From positions 6,052-70,051 of the forward strand of contig JBEKKT010000007.1 in NCBI GenBank assembly GCA_050010535.1: a stretch of 64,000 nt of DNA. The letters are read 5' to 3'. Made by a program: the position numbers and the translations under genes. Under the pieces are notes generated by a model. The model saw nothing but the letters and a program-made list of their open reading frames with translations, searched no databases and was not told the DNA's origin. The stretch is from Methanomassiliicoccales archaeon (GTDB lineage: Archaea; Thermoplasmatota; Thermoplasmata; Methanomassiliicoccales; JACIVX01). Position 1 is the stretch's first letter. Each line of letters starts with the position of its first letter. This document shows, piece after piece, positions 18,193 through 27,484 of the stretch.

Positions 18193-18882
18193 ATGCTTCA
18201 GAATCCGAAGACTAGGATGGAGATGAACGACAAGTTCGTTGGTGCGCTCAGACAAATCGCCCTTATGGGAGGTTTGCACGACTACGTGGCTGTTTCCTCT
18301 CGCGAGCTCGGCGACATGCTTGGGATGAGCCAGCAATCCGCATCCAAGCGGATACTTGAGCTGCTGGACGAGGGTCTCATCTACAGAGATCTCGGGGCGA
18401 GAAGACAGAGGATTAAGCTCACGGAGAAGGGTACGGATCTGCTGAGAAAGGAGTACCTGGAGTATCAGAAGATTTTCGAGATGAGGGACCACGTGCTGAT
18501 CCGGGGGGGCGTCATAACTGGCATGGGTGAGGGACAATACTACGTCACCCAGCCGGGGTATATGGAGCAGTTCGCCGAGAAACTCGGATTCGAGCCGTAC
18601 GACGGCACGCTGAACATCCGAGTCCTTCCTTCGGACCAGTCCAAATTGGATGCGCTGAGGAGAGGTGGCGGCATAGTGATCAAGGGATTCGAGAAGAACG
18701 GAAGGACGTTCGGAGACGTCAGGTGCTATCCCACAACGATTCAGAACATCGATTGCGCGATAGTGATCCCGTACAGATCCCATTACAACGATGTCATGGA
18801 GATTGTCTGCAAGTACCACTTGAGGCGCACACTCGGACTCAATGATGGCGACGGGATCGAGGTCCGCGTGTCCCTGGTCTAG
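18193..18882 (+). CDS. ribK: CTP-dependent riboflavin kinase (archaeal RibK) with N-terminal winged-helix domain
   Basis: N-terminal HTH-like SSRELGDMLGMSQQSASKRILELLDEGLI. C-terminal GMGEGQYYV...PYDGTLNIRV matches MJ0056-type kinases. The start could instead be 18217 or 18223. Confidence 0.8.
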   Translation: MLQNPKTRMEMNDKFVGALRQIALMGGLHDYVAVSSRELGDMLGMSQQSASKRILELLDEGLIYRDLGARRQRIKLTEKGTDLLRKEYLEYQKIFEMRDHVLIRGGVITGMGEGQYYVTQPGYMEQFAEKLGFEPYDGTLNIRVLPSDQSKLDALRRGGGIVIKGFEKNGRTFGDVRCYPTTIQNIDCAIVIPYRSHYNDVMEIVCKYHLRRTLGLNDGDGIEVRVSLV

Positions 18883-18899
18883 GCATTTCCAGATCGGTG

Positions 18900-19736
18900 T
18901 CAGAACTTCTTCATGACGTACTCTGCGACCGACTGGAAGATCGCCCTTCCGTCTCCGGCGCCGTTCGGATCATCTCCCGACCTAGTCCAGTCCGGATGAG
19001 TGTACCTGTGGAACACCCTCTCGGGATGGGGCATAAGGCCCAATATGTTGCCCGCAGGGTTGCAAATGCCAGCGATGTTGCACAGCGAACCGTTTGGATT
19101 CCACGGGTATCCCGCGTACTCTCCCGCGGGATTGACGTACCTGAACACGATCTGGTCATCATCCTCCAACCGATCGAGCAGCTTGTCCTTCTTCTCGACG
19201 GGGAGCATCAGGTTTCCCTCCGCGTGGGCGCACGGGAACATGACAGTCTTCCCCTTCGGGATCGTCCTGGTGAACACTGATTTGCCGCGGTTCTCGTGCT
19301 TGAGCAGTGTCGGGGTGCATTCGAACCTGCCAGAAACGTTAGTGGCAAGGGCCGCCCGCGGTTCCTTTGTCATCACGTCATCGAAGGCAGGCAGCATGCC
19401 GAGCTCGACTAGTATCTGGAATCCGTTGCATATTCCGATCACGGGTTTCTCATCAGAGACGAACTCCCTGAGATCCGAGGACAATGCGCTCTTCATCCGA
19501 GCCGCGAAGATCGCCCCCGCCCTCACGTAGTCTCCCGCCGAGAATCCGCCTGGCAATGCAAGTATATGATACTCGGAGAGATTGCGAATGATATTGGACG
19601 GACACGCCCTTATGATCTGCTTGAGGTGGACCCTCTCCGGCTTCGTCCCGATTTCCTTGAAAGCGGCGTAGGTCTCGTCCTCACAGTTGGTGCCCTCGAT
19701 CCTCAGTATGCAGACCTTGATCTCACTGAGCTTCAT
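18900..19736 (-). CDS. purQ: Phosphoribosylformylglycinamidine synthase subunit PurQ (glutaminase)
   Basis: ILALPGGFSAGD, GICNGFQIL (catalytic Cys) and MPHPER motifs. Confidence 0.95.
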   Translation of the reverse strand: MKLSEIKVCILRIEGTNCEDETYAAFKEIGTKPERVHLKQIIRACPSNIIRNLSEYHILALPGGFSAGDYVRAGAIFAARMKSALSSDLREFVSDEKPVIGICNGFQILVELGMLPAFDDVMTKEPRAALATNVSGRFECTPTLLKHENRGKSVFTRTIPKGKTVMFPCAHAEGNLMLPVEKKDKLLDRLEDDDQIVFRYVNPAGEYAGYPWNPNGSLCNIAGICNPAGNILGLMPHPERVFHRYTHPDWTRSGDDPNGAGDGRAIFQSVAEYVMKKF

Positions 19737-19745
19737 GACACCACC

Positions 19746-22088
19746 TCACCCGAGCAGCCTCCATAGCGGCTCAGACCATGCCTTCCTGATTTCGTCCACA
19801 TCCAAGTCGATTGGGCATGATGAGTCTGATATCCTCAGAGAGCGTCCATCCAGCTCTCCGATCCTCGCAGCTGGTCCCTTGAAGGTCTTCAGCCACTCTT
19901 TCTCCCTCTCTCCGTCCACCTCGACGACCCATCTTGAGTTCGATTCCGAGAACAGTTTGACAGTGACAGGGAGCTTCCCGAGTTGGGGAGCGCCGCCTAC
20001 GAATCCCACATCCCCGCCGATGCACATTTCTGCGAGTGCGACTGCCAGGCCACCATCCGAGGGATCGTGGCACGCCCGCAAGACATCTCTGTCCATGCAT
20101 TTCTTAATGGAAGCCATGGATCTCCTCATGACCTTCAATTCGACGTTCGGAACCGTGCCCCCCTTCCCCCCGAACCTACGGAAGAGCGCCGATCCCCCCA
20201 TCTCGTTCTTCGTCTCTCCAACGAGGTAGACTGGATCGCCCTCTTTCTTGAAATCAGATGTAATGGAGCGCCGGATGTCCTCAACGATCCCAACGCCCAT
20301 GACCGTCGGCGTCGGAGGCGCCGGCCCCTTCGGCGTCTCATTGTAGAAGCTTACGTTACCGGACGGGGCTCCGATACGGAGGGCCTTGGCCGCGTCTCCT
20401 ATGCCTCTGACTGCCTCCCTGAACTCTCCCAGTCTCTCTGGCTTCTCCGGATTCCCGAAATTGAGGCAATCTGTAAGGGAATGGGGGACGGCACCTACTG
20501 AGGTCAGGTTCCTGCACATCTCGTCGACCGCCCCAAGTCCCCCCCTGTAGGGGTGGAGCTTGGTGAACCAGGGATTGACCCCTATCGAAATCGCGAGTCC
20601 CCGGTATGAGTCGCGCAGCGGCTTGATCACCGATGCATCGCCATGCGTCCTCGAGCCGATCTTTCCCTGCAACGGCTTGATGACGGTGCTTCCCCGCACC
20701 TCATGATCATATTGTCTGATCACCCATTCCTTAGACGCTGTGTTTGGGTCGGAGAGCAGAGCCAGCAGGACGGCGTTCATGTCCTTTGGTAGCTTCGGTT
20801 CGACGGTTTTGCCGGCAGTCGAAGGCTTCCCGACCTCGGTCGGGCGACAGTACTCGGGCCCCTTGGTGAGGAAGTCCAAGTCTAGGTCGAACACCTGCAC
20901 GCCGTCGTAGAAGAGCTGCACGATCTGTTCTCCGATGACATCCCCTATCACGGTGGCCGGGACGTCCCAGAGATCGAATACCTCCAGGATCTTGCGGATA
21001 TTCCTCCTGGAGGCCGATATCATCATCCTTTCTTGGGACTCAGAAACCCAGATCTCCCAAGGCGCAAGGCCGGTCTCCTTGAGCGGGACCTTGTCGAGAT
21101 GTACTTTCGCTCCGCATCCTCCTGCGAGCGCGATCTCTCCGACTACGCACGACAATCCTCCGCCTCCCAGATCCTTCATCCCGTTGATCAGGCCTTTTGA
21201 GGTGACCTCCAGGCAGGCGTGGATGAGCGGCTCCTTCATTATCGGATCGCCCAGCTGCACTGCGCCCCTGGATCCCTCCTCGGATGATTCGTCCAGTTCT
21301 GCGGATGCGAATGTGACTCCATGTATCCCGTCCCTGCCTGTCCTTCCTCCGGCCAGGATAAGAACGTCCCCGAGACCTCCCACGGCGTTTTTGAGGAGCT
21401 GCGACCGTTTGACGATGCCTACACATCCGACGTTGACGATGCAGTTACCGATGTATCCCTCGTCGAAGAACACGCCCCCGGCCACCGTGGGTATGCCGAG
21501 CCTGTTGCCGTAGTCCCTTATGCCCCCGACCACGCCTCCCAGGAGATACTTCGGATGTTTGGTTCCCACGGGGATATCGCCTATGTAGTCGAGAGGCCCG
21601 AAGAATAGAGGATCAATTAACGCTATCGGCTGCGCGCCCATGCACAGCACGTCCCTTATGATGCCGCCGATCCCAGTCGCCGCCCCACCATACGGCTCTA
21701 TTGCTGAGGGGTGGTTGTGGCTTTCGATTCTGAGAGCGTAAGCGTACTCGTCGTCGAAGACCATGACGCCTGCGTCCCCTTTGGCCAGGACGTCCGGGTG
21801 CTTGATGTTGAATATGTTCTCTCGAAGGAACACCTTCGAGCTCTTGTAGCAGCAATGCTCGCTCCAGGCTTGTGCGATTGACTGGAGCTCGACGTCCGTC
21901 GGCCGCCTCCTCTTCTTCGAGAACCACCTCGCTATCTCCTTCATCTCATCGAGGCTGAGGTTCAACCCCAAGGAGGCGCTGATCTCTATCAGGTCCTTGT
22001 CCTTGGCCTTGGGGAGGTCGACTTCGAACAACTCGAACGGCACATTCTTGCGATGCATGAGATTGGCAAACGGCATGCACACCCTCAC
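19746..22088 (-). CDS. purL: Phosphoribosylformylglycinamidine synthase subunit PurL
   Basis: 780 aa. SEHCCYK, ESHNHPS and repeated AIR-synthase-like domains. GTGA overlap with the purS stop. Confidence 0.95.
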   Translation of the reverse strand: MRVCMPFANLMHRKNVPFELFEVDLPKAKDKDLIEISASLGLNLSLDEMKEIARWFSKKRRRPTDVELQSIAQAWSEHCCYKSSKVFLRENIFNIKHPDVLAKGDAGVMVFDDEYAYALRIESHNHPSAIEPYGGAATGIGGIIRDVLCMGAQPIALIDPLFFGPLDYIGDIPVGTKHPKYLLGGVVGGIRDYGNRLGIPTVAGGVFFDEGYIGNCIVNVGCVGIVKRSQLLKNAVGGLGDVLILAGGRTGRDGIHGVTFASAELDESSEEGSRGAVQLGDPIMKEPLIHACLEVTSKGLINGMKDLGGGGLSCVVGEIALAGGCGAKVHLDKVPLKETGLAPWEIWVSESQERMMISASRRNIRKILEVFDLWDVPATVIGDVIGEQIVQLFYDGVQVFDLDLDFLTKGPEYCRPTEVGKPSTAGKTVEPKLPKDMNAVLLALLSDPNTASKEWVIRQYDHEVRGSTVIKPLQGKIGSRTHGDASVIKPLRDSYRGLAISIGVNPWFTKLHPYRGGLGAVDEMCRNLTSVGAVPHSLTDCLNFGNPEKPERLGEFREAVRGIGDAAKALRIGAPSGNVSFYNETPKGPAPPTPTVMGVGIVEDIRRSITSDFKKEGDPVYLVGETKNEMGGSALFRRFGGKGGTVPNVELKVMRRSMASIKKCMDRDVLRACHDPSDGGLAVALAEMCIGGDVGFVGGAPQLGKLPVTVKLFSESNSRWVVEVDGEREKEWLKTFKGPAARIGELDGRSLRISDSSCPIDLDVDEIRKAWSEPLWRLLG

Positions 22089-22324
22089 TTCAGGTCTATC
22101 CTATGACTTTGAATGACCGGATTCGCAAGGAGCTTCTTGCACATCTCCTCGCAAGTCTTCTTCGCTTCCTTGCGAGTTAGATCCAGTCTTATCTCGAAGA
22201 ACTTGATCGACCTGACGCTCATTATCCCCTTGAAACCGAGCAGTTCGAGCGCCTTCTTCGTGTTCTGGCCCTCAGGGTCAGCGACTCCCGGCTTGAGCTC
22301 AATTCTAATCTCCGCGACTACCAT
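22085..22324 (-). CDS. purS: Phosphoribosylformylglycinamidine synthase subunit PurS
   Basis: 79 aa. VADPEGQNTKKALELLGF motif, upstream of purL. Confidence 0.9.
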   Translation of the reverse strand: MVVAEIRIELKPGVADPEGQNTKKALELLGFKGIMSVRSIKFFEIRLDLTRKEAKKTCEEMCKKLLANPVIQSHRIDLK

Positions 22325-22380
22325 TGCAGCACCGCATTGGGAATCCCCTGCTCCCTACTTAATTCTGTTCTCAATTGCGT

Positions 22381-23028
22381 CTACAAGAAGCCGGCGTCTC
22401 GGACCGCCTGGAATACGCCGGAAAGAATAAAGCTGACCGCGACAGCGGCAAGAAGGAGACCCATCACTCTCGAGAACGCCATCGCCCCGCTTTTCCCCAT
22501 CTTCGCGAATATGCCTTCCGAGTAGGTGAGCAGAACGTAGCTTATGAGGACGGTCAGGACGACTCCAAGGAAGACCGATGCTATGGCCAGAAATCCTCCA
22601 GACTGCGAAGCGGCCTCGGAGACATAAATCATCACGGTCGTGATTGCACCGGGCCCCGCGAACAGAGGTATGCCTAGAGGGACGATGCCCACTTCCTCCT
22701 TCTCCATCGCCTCCTCCTGATCCTCCTCGCTGAGCTTAGTCCTTGGCCTCTGCCCATGCATCATCGAGAAAGCGACCGAAAAGAGGAGGAGTCCGCCTGC
22801 GATTTTGAACGCCGGTATCGTGATGCCATATATCGAGAAGATGTACTGGCCGAAGATCGCGAAGACGAAGAGGACGACGGTCGTGACCAAGCAGATCTTA
22901 ATCGCCACTTTTCTCTTCAGACCCTTAGAGTATCCTTCGGTCACCGCCTCGAATATGGGGATGTTGCCCACTGGGTTGACGATAGCGAAGATCGACACGA
23001 AGGCCCCGAGCGCGAATTCTATACTCAT
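22381..23028 (-). CDS. MarC-family (UPF0056) integral membrane protein
   Basis: 215 aa, multi-TM, with the NPVGNIPIF signature. Confidence 0.85.
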   Translation of the reverse strand: MSIEFALGAFVSIFAIVNPVGNIPIFEAVTEGYSKGLKRKVAIKICLVTTVVLFVFAIFGQYIFSIYGITIPAFKIAGGLLLFSVAFSMMHGQRPRTKLSEEDQEEAMEKEEVGIVPLGIPLFAGPGAITTVMIYVSEAASQSGGFLAIASVFLGVVLTVLISYVLLTYSEGIFAKMGKSGAMAFSRVMGLLLAAVAVSFILSGVFQAVRDAGFL

Positions 23029-23056
23029 TCTTCGTCCCCCACTTCAACACCCATAC

Positions 23057-23836
23057 TTAATCCTTGGCCTCCGCTCCCCCCATCACCTTCCTTGCAAAAA
23101 CCATGTACCCAGTGTGCCCGAGCGTGTCGAATGACGGCCTGACGCCGCCGGGGTGAACTTCGATCGTGCGCTGTATGTTCTCGAGAGCATCGATCTCCAC
23201 GAATCCAGATGCTCGGAGTTTGATCACTGTGCTCTCGACCTGGTTCATGTTCGGAACGAACGCGCAGAAACGGCCTCCTCCCTTCATCATCCTCTTGACG
23301 TTCTCCACGGCTTCCCATGGATCGGGGATGTCTAGGACGACCGCGTCCGCCTTCAGGTCCATTTGATCGGTTCTGATATCTCCGATCCTAAGCTCCCAGT
23401 ATTTTTCTAGTCCGGTCCTCGAGATGTTCCTTCTAGCCTTCACCGTGAATTCGTCTCTTAGTTCCACAGAGACGACCTTCCCTTCAGGCCTTATCGAGTT
23501 CAGCAGTGAGGTCGTGAGCGATCCAGAGCCGACGCCGCCTTCAATGACCACATCCCCGCATTTAAGATCGAGTCTCTGGACGATCGTCGCAGCATCCTTT
23601 CCCCCGATGACCTGCGGCCCTCGCTCGATTGATTCCATGAGCTCTGGCGTCCCGGGGCAGAGCACCCAGAGGGTCTTGTCTGCTACCGAGATCCTCGACC
23701 CGCTCTCCATTCCGACAAGCCTTGAGCCGTCTAGGACTCCCAACCCTTCGATTTTGATCATCGCGGATCGGATAGCAGCCCAATGCCTTTTGCCCTGCTC
23801 GTCGAGCAGGTAGACGAGCTCTCCGTCCCGAAGCAT
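23057..23836 (-). CDS. trmI: tRNA (adenine-N1)-methyltransferase TrmI/Gcd14
   Basis: N-terminal beta-barrel-like GELVYLLDEQGKRH. SAM motif VIEGGVGSGSLT. DIPDPWEAV. Confidence 0.85.
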   Translation of the reverse strand: MLRDGELVYLLDEQGKRHWAAIRSAMIKIEGLGVLDGSRLVGMESGSRISVADKTLWVLCPGTPELMESIERGPQVIGGKDAATIVQRLDLKCGDVVIEGGVGSGSLTTSLLNSIRPEGKVVSVELRDEFTVKARRNISRTGLEKYWELRIGDIRTDQMDLKADAVVLDIPDPWEAVENVKRMMKGGGRFCAFVPNMNQVESTVIKLRASGFVEIDALENIQRTIEVHPGGVRPSFDTLGHTGYMVFARKVMGGAEAKD

Positions 23837-23898
23837 GGCGGTCAGGATGCTCTCTGATGAAGAAAAGGATTATGGAGGGAAGCGAATGATCATTCCTG

Positions 23899-24324
23899 CT
23901 ACTTCAGCTTGGCACCGCATTTCGGGCACTCCCAGTCGTGCTCAGAGATCGCTGCCCCGCAGTGACGGCACCGGGGAATCCCCCTGATTTGCCTTACCTC
24001 TTCTTTCCCCTTTGCTTCGGCCTTGGCCTGTTGCGCAGGGGTCTGAGCCGGTTGAGAACTCGCTTCTTGCTTCTCTCCTTCGAAGTCGTACTTGGGATTT
24101 TCGTACTTCGTCGCAGGAGGGTACTGATAGGTGCGTCTCTTCTCTGCTTTGACTGCCACGACGTAGGCGATAGCGCCGATTATGCTAAGGAGGAAACCGA
24201 CTGCGACCCAATCCCATTTCACAGCCTTCTTCCTCACCCCAGTGTCGGCGTATATCCAGGCTGCTATTCCGGCCCCGATGCCGAACCAGATCAGAATGAT
24301 CACAAACAACTCTTCGAGTGCCAT
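23899..24324 (-). CDS. Two-TM membrane protein with C-terminal zinc ribbon, hypothetical
   Basis: 141 aa. Two hydrophobic helices, a charged linker, and CRHCGAAISEHDWECPKCG. A TTTTATATA box on the minus strand (plus coordinates 24357-24365) lies upstream. Confidence 0.5.
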   Translation of the reverse strand: MALEELFVIILIWFGIGAGIAAWIYADTGVRKKAVKWDWVAVGFLLSIIGAIAYVVAVKAEKRRTYQYPPATKYENPKYDFEGEKQEASSQPAQTPAQQAKAEAKGKEEVRQIRGIPRCRHCGAAISEHDWECPKCGAKLK

Positions 24325-24733
24325 CCCATCACCGTTTACAACTAATGGGCTTGGCTTATATAAAATTAGTTGAGCGCTCCGTGCTATCTGTCCAATGAAA
24401 TCACTTCATATGCCTGCGTCAGTTCACCTCACGGCATCGATGTGGTTGCGATTGATATCTGGGCAGGGAGAATCGACGTCAGGTTCACGGGGAAAAGGAT
24501 TTAAGCCTTGGCGAAACAGCGTTTTCGCATTTGAAATGCTAGGATTCATGGTAATGGCACTAAAGATCTTATCACAATCTAGACTAGAGCTCGGGAAGTG
24601 CGTAGTTCTCTGCCGTGATTGACACGCACGTCTGCACGGAATCGAGCCGCTGACTTCAAGAACGGAGGAGGCGAGGAGGCCCGAAACTTTAAATCAGGTC
24701 AAGCGAGCGGCTCTCTCTGCTCCAGCGTCTCGG

Positions 24734-25210
24734 TCACACACGGTTTATGTTTCCAGCCTCATCATAGACGAAGAACTCAGGATTGATGAGTTCCTTGTCG
24801 CGGAACTGAGATCTCAACACCATGATATGATCGCGAGCCTGTCCGGGCACAACTATGCCAAGGTATTGGCGCTTCTTGAGGATGTCCGTGTATCTCTCAG
24901 CCTTCGCTTCGGTAAGAAACGTCGAAGCGTTTTCGACGAACTCGAAACCCTTTACCTCTCCGCCCGCTCTCAGTGTGATAACAACATACTCCACTCCAGG
25001 TGTCTCGTCAGTCTCTATCTCCTCTATTGCGAAGACCTCAGGATGCTCCCTGGCTATCTCTTCCTTCCGCTTCTGAGCAATCTTGTAGAGATCAGTGAGA
25101 TCGTACTCTCTCTTCCCCACGTGTCTGCGATTATCGCGGGAGATAATGAAGTAATCGGACGGGAGGCGATCGCGTGAAGGTTGCCATCTACGCTCGAGTT
25201 TCAACTTCAT
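24734..25210 (-). CDS. Hypothetical protein (158 aa), no family recognised
   Basis: The only plausible ORF in a low-coding-density patch. No clear promoter, and the start is uncertain. Confidence 0.35.
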   Translation of the reverse strand: MKLKLERRWQPSRDRLPSDYFIISRDNRRHVGKREYDLTDLYKIAQKRKEEIAREHPEVFAIEEIETDETPGVEYVVITLRAGGEVKGFEFVENASTFLTEAKAERYTDILKKRQYLGIVVPGQARDHIMVLRSQFRDKELINPEFFVYDEAGNINRV

Positions 25211-25293
25211 ATGAGACCGAAAGACAAGACCCCGAGGTCCAGGCGAGTTCGGGAGAGGAGAGAAAACTAGGAGTCGAAAGGACTACCTTTTGA
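25174..25293 (+). pseudogene. Serine recombinase (resolvase/invertase) N-terminal stub
   Basis: GGGAGG SD then GTG. Translation is (M)KVAIYARVSTSYETERQDPEVQ, which carries the AIYARVST catalytic-Ser motif. Homology is lost after about 24 aa and the frame stops at 25291. Confidence 0.5.
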
Positions 25294-25301
25294 CGCGGGT
25301 G
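25279..25301 (+). repeat. Direct repeat copy 1 (AGGACTACCTTTTGACGCGGGTG)
   Basis: Shares AGGAC...CCTTTTGACRCGGG with the copy 64 nt downstream. Confidence 0.5.
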
Positions 25302-25342
25302 TTTTATCAGCTCTCGGATTGTCCTGGGTCTTGGGGCTTACG

Positions 25343-25366
25343 AGGACCTCCCTTTTGACACGGGCA
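25343..25366 (+). repeat. Direct repeat copy 2 (AGGACCTCCCTTTTGACACGGGCA)
   Basis: Second copy of the CCTTTTGACRCGGG core. Confidence 0.5.
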
Positions 25367-25686
25367 CTGACAGTTCTGACAGCAGATTCGGGGGACTAAG
25401 AAGAAAGAGAAAGGAATAGATTTGGTCTATCTCCTATACTCTCGAACATTAGCCCTGTACCGCCCTTGGTACAGATCGGGTTCTAGCCAGTCGTTCTTGT
25501 GGGTCCAAATCTCCTTGGGCCCACTACTTATCCTCGCGTTTCCGACAGTCCTGACGGTATAAAGGGAAGGAAAAGAAGGGAAGAGGCCCGCGCAGAGCTG
25601 CGTAGGCATTGGAAGACAGGCGAGTCTTGTAGGAAGGCACTTCCTCTGGACGGACTTTCTTCTACCGTTTTCAGCTGCGAAAAGGA

Positions 25687-25695
25687 TTTTATATA
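25687..25695 (+). promoter_or_regulatory. TATA-box-like element, predicts a leaderless transcript at ATG 25718
   Basis: TTTTATATA is centred about 27 nt upstream of the ATG. Confidence 0.4.
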
Positions 25696-25717
25696 CTGAA
25701 GGCATTGGGCGCATCCA

Positions 25718-25936
25718 ATGGAAGGTTCCGATTTCCCCAGGAAGGCAAAAATGGCCATATCAGTCTTGCTGATCGTTGCCGGATTCGCAATGTACTGGGC
25801 ATGGGGCCTGACTTATGGGAGCTGGAACATCTTCGAGAAGGAGTTCATCGGGGTCTATGCGGTCGTCGTTGTTCTGATCGTCTTCGGCGTCCTAGGTCTA
25901 CTGCTATCCTATAAGCAGAGGCAAGAGTCCAGTTAA
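25718..25936 (+). CDS. Small two-TM membrane protein (72 aa), hypothetical
   Basis: Two clear hydrophobic helices. The ATG is at the TSS distance from a good TATA box. Confidence 0.45.
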   Translation: MEGSDFPRKAKMAISVLLIVAGFAMYWAWGLTYGSWNIFEKEFIGVYAVVVVLIVFGVLGLLLSYKQRQESS

Positions 25937-25994
25937 GGTTCCTTGTTCCCAACATACGTGGAAGGCCGTCTATGCATGTCATGCCGCCGTAGGC

Positions 25995-27392
25995 TCACAT
26001 CGCCCTTGCAGCGTAGGCGGCGATCTCTGTGTCAACGCCGCAGATGATGCACTTGCCAGCGAACTTCTCCTTCTTGTAAGGCGTTCCAAGAAGCTTGAGT
26101 TCGGTGCGGTTCTCGAATTCGTGACCGCAGTCTTCAGAGCCGCACCACCCGAATCGCAATATCTTCTTCGGCAGGCTGTCCAGGCCGTCGATGGTTTCGA
26201 TCGAGTCAGCTAGTGTCTTGTTAGCCTTTTCGTGCAGGTCGCTCGAGATCCCTCCGAGGATGCGCATGACCTCAGGGGCAATGTCAGATTTCGCAACCGT
26301 CCCCTTCGCTCCCGAATCTCTTCGTGCGAAGGTGACGACGCCTTCTTTGATGTCCCGGGAGCCAATCTCGAGCCTCAAGGGCACGCCCTTTATCTCCCAA
26401 TCGTAGAATTTGCTTCCGGGCCTCTCGTCCCTCTCGTCCAGCTTGACCCTGATCCCAGCCCCGGCGAGCTGGTCCCTCAACGCGCGCGCCTGTTGAGTGA
26501 CCTCTTCGACCTTCCCCTTCGCGAGAATAGGGATGACCACGACCTGGAATGGCGCTACCTCCGGAGGAAGAACCAGGCCCTTGTCGTCGCCGTGTACTCC
26601 GACTATCGCCCCGACCAGTCGCTCGCTCATGCCAAATGTGGTCTGGTGGACGTATTTCAGACTCCCATCCAGATCCTCATAATGAATGTCGAAAGGCCTC
26701 GAGAAGTTCTCGCGGTAGTGGTGAATGCTTCCGAGCTGCAGGCTCCGGCCGTCCGGTAAGGTCGTGTCGACCCCTACTGTGTAGTATGCTCCCGGGAACT
26801 TGTCCCAGTCCGTTCTCTTGAGGAGCAGGTAAGGCAGACAGAGAGGCTTCATGACCTTCCCTAGTATCTCGAAGTCCTCCTCCACCTGTCTCTGCGCGTC
26901 AGCCTCGTCGACGTGGCAGGTGTGCGATTCGAAGAAGTGTATCTCCCTCACTCTGATGAATGCCCTGGTCATCTTCGTCTCGTAACGGAAAATGTTCACA
27001 ATCTGGTACGTCTTTAGCGGCAGGTCCGTGTGAGAACGGATCCATAGGGCGAATATCGGATACATCGCCGTCTCGCTGGTCGGTCTCAGAAGCAGTCTGA
27101 TGTCAAGAGGATTCGTACCGGCGTGGGTGACCCAGTACACCTCGGTGTCGAACCCCTTTATGTGATCCTTCTCCTTCTGGAACTCTGTCTCGGGTATGAG
27201 CAGCGGGAAGTAGACCTCGCCATGATCGGTTGCATCGAGCTCCTTCCGCAAGAAAGAATCGATACGTAGCATGATCTGCCATCCGTACGGTGTCCAGACA
27301 TTCATGCCTTTGACGGGATACCTCTTGTCTGTCAGGTTCGCCAATTCCACTATCCCGTTGTACCACTCGCTGAAGTTCTCCTCTTTCTTCAT
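25995..27392 (-). CDS. proS: Prolyl-tRNA synthetase (archaeal/eukaryotic type)
   Basis: 465 aa. Class II motifs (FRYETK...TRAFIRVREIHF, GSIHHY), a C-terminal zinc-binding Cys cluster, and YAARAM at the C-terminus. Confidence 0.95.
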   Translation of the reverse strand: MKKEENFSEWYNGIVELANLTDKRYPVKGMNVWTPYGWQIMLRIDSFLRKELDATDHGEVYFPLLIPETEFQKEKDHIKGFDTEVYWVTHAGTNPLDIRLLLRPTSETAMYPIFALWIRSHTDLPLKTYQIVNIFRYETKMTRAFIRVREIHFFESHTCHVDEADAQRQVEEDFEILGKVMKPLCLPYLLLKRTDWDKFPGAYYTVGVDTTLPDGRSLQLGSIHHYRENFSRPFDIHYEDLDGSLKYVHQTTFGMSERLVGAIVGVHGDDKGLVLPPEVAPFQVVVIPILAKGKVEEVTQQARALRDQLAGAGIRVKLDERDERPGSKFYDWEIKGVPLRLEIGSRDIKEGVVTFARRDSGAKGTVAKSDIAPEVMRILGGISSDLHEKANKTLADSIETIDGLDSLPKKILRFGWCGSEDCGHEFENRTELKLLGTPYKKEKFAGKCIICGVDTEIAAYAARAM

Positions 27393-27436
27393 CTCCGGAC
27401 ACCTTTCGAACGAGGGATTTCAGTATGAGTGTCGAT

Positions 27437-27444
27437 TCTATAAA
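27437..27444 (-). promoter_or_regulatory. TATA-box-like element of proS
   Basis: The minus strand reads TTTATAGA about 48 nt upstream of ATG 27392. An AGGTG SD lies in between. Confidence 0.35.
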
Positions 27445-27484
27445 TGTTTCCAGCGAAGGCTCCGAGAGGTGAGTGGGAGTCCCG

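Noticed and set aside
17402-18226. 274-aa plus-strand ORF opposite the DUF2099-like gene. The same reasoning applies to 18142-18819, 33694-34545, 54310-55077, 10038-10745, 12698-13357, 28454-29107 and 45883-46500.
   Set aside because: All lie antisense to confidently recognised genes and have biased, low-information composition.
24417-24490. CGTCAG(G)TTCAC repeated 60 nt apart in the non-coding stretch upstream of the 158-aa ORF
   Set aside because: Only about 12 matching nt with an indel, and no further structure. This is within what chance can give in 64 kb.
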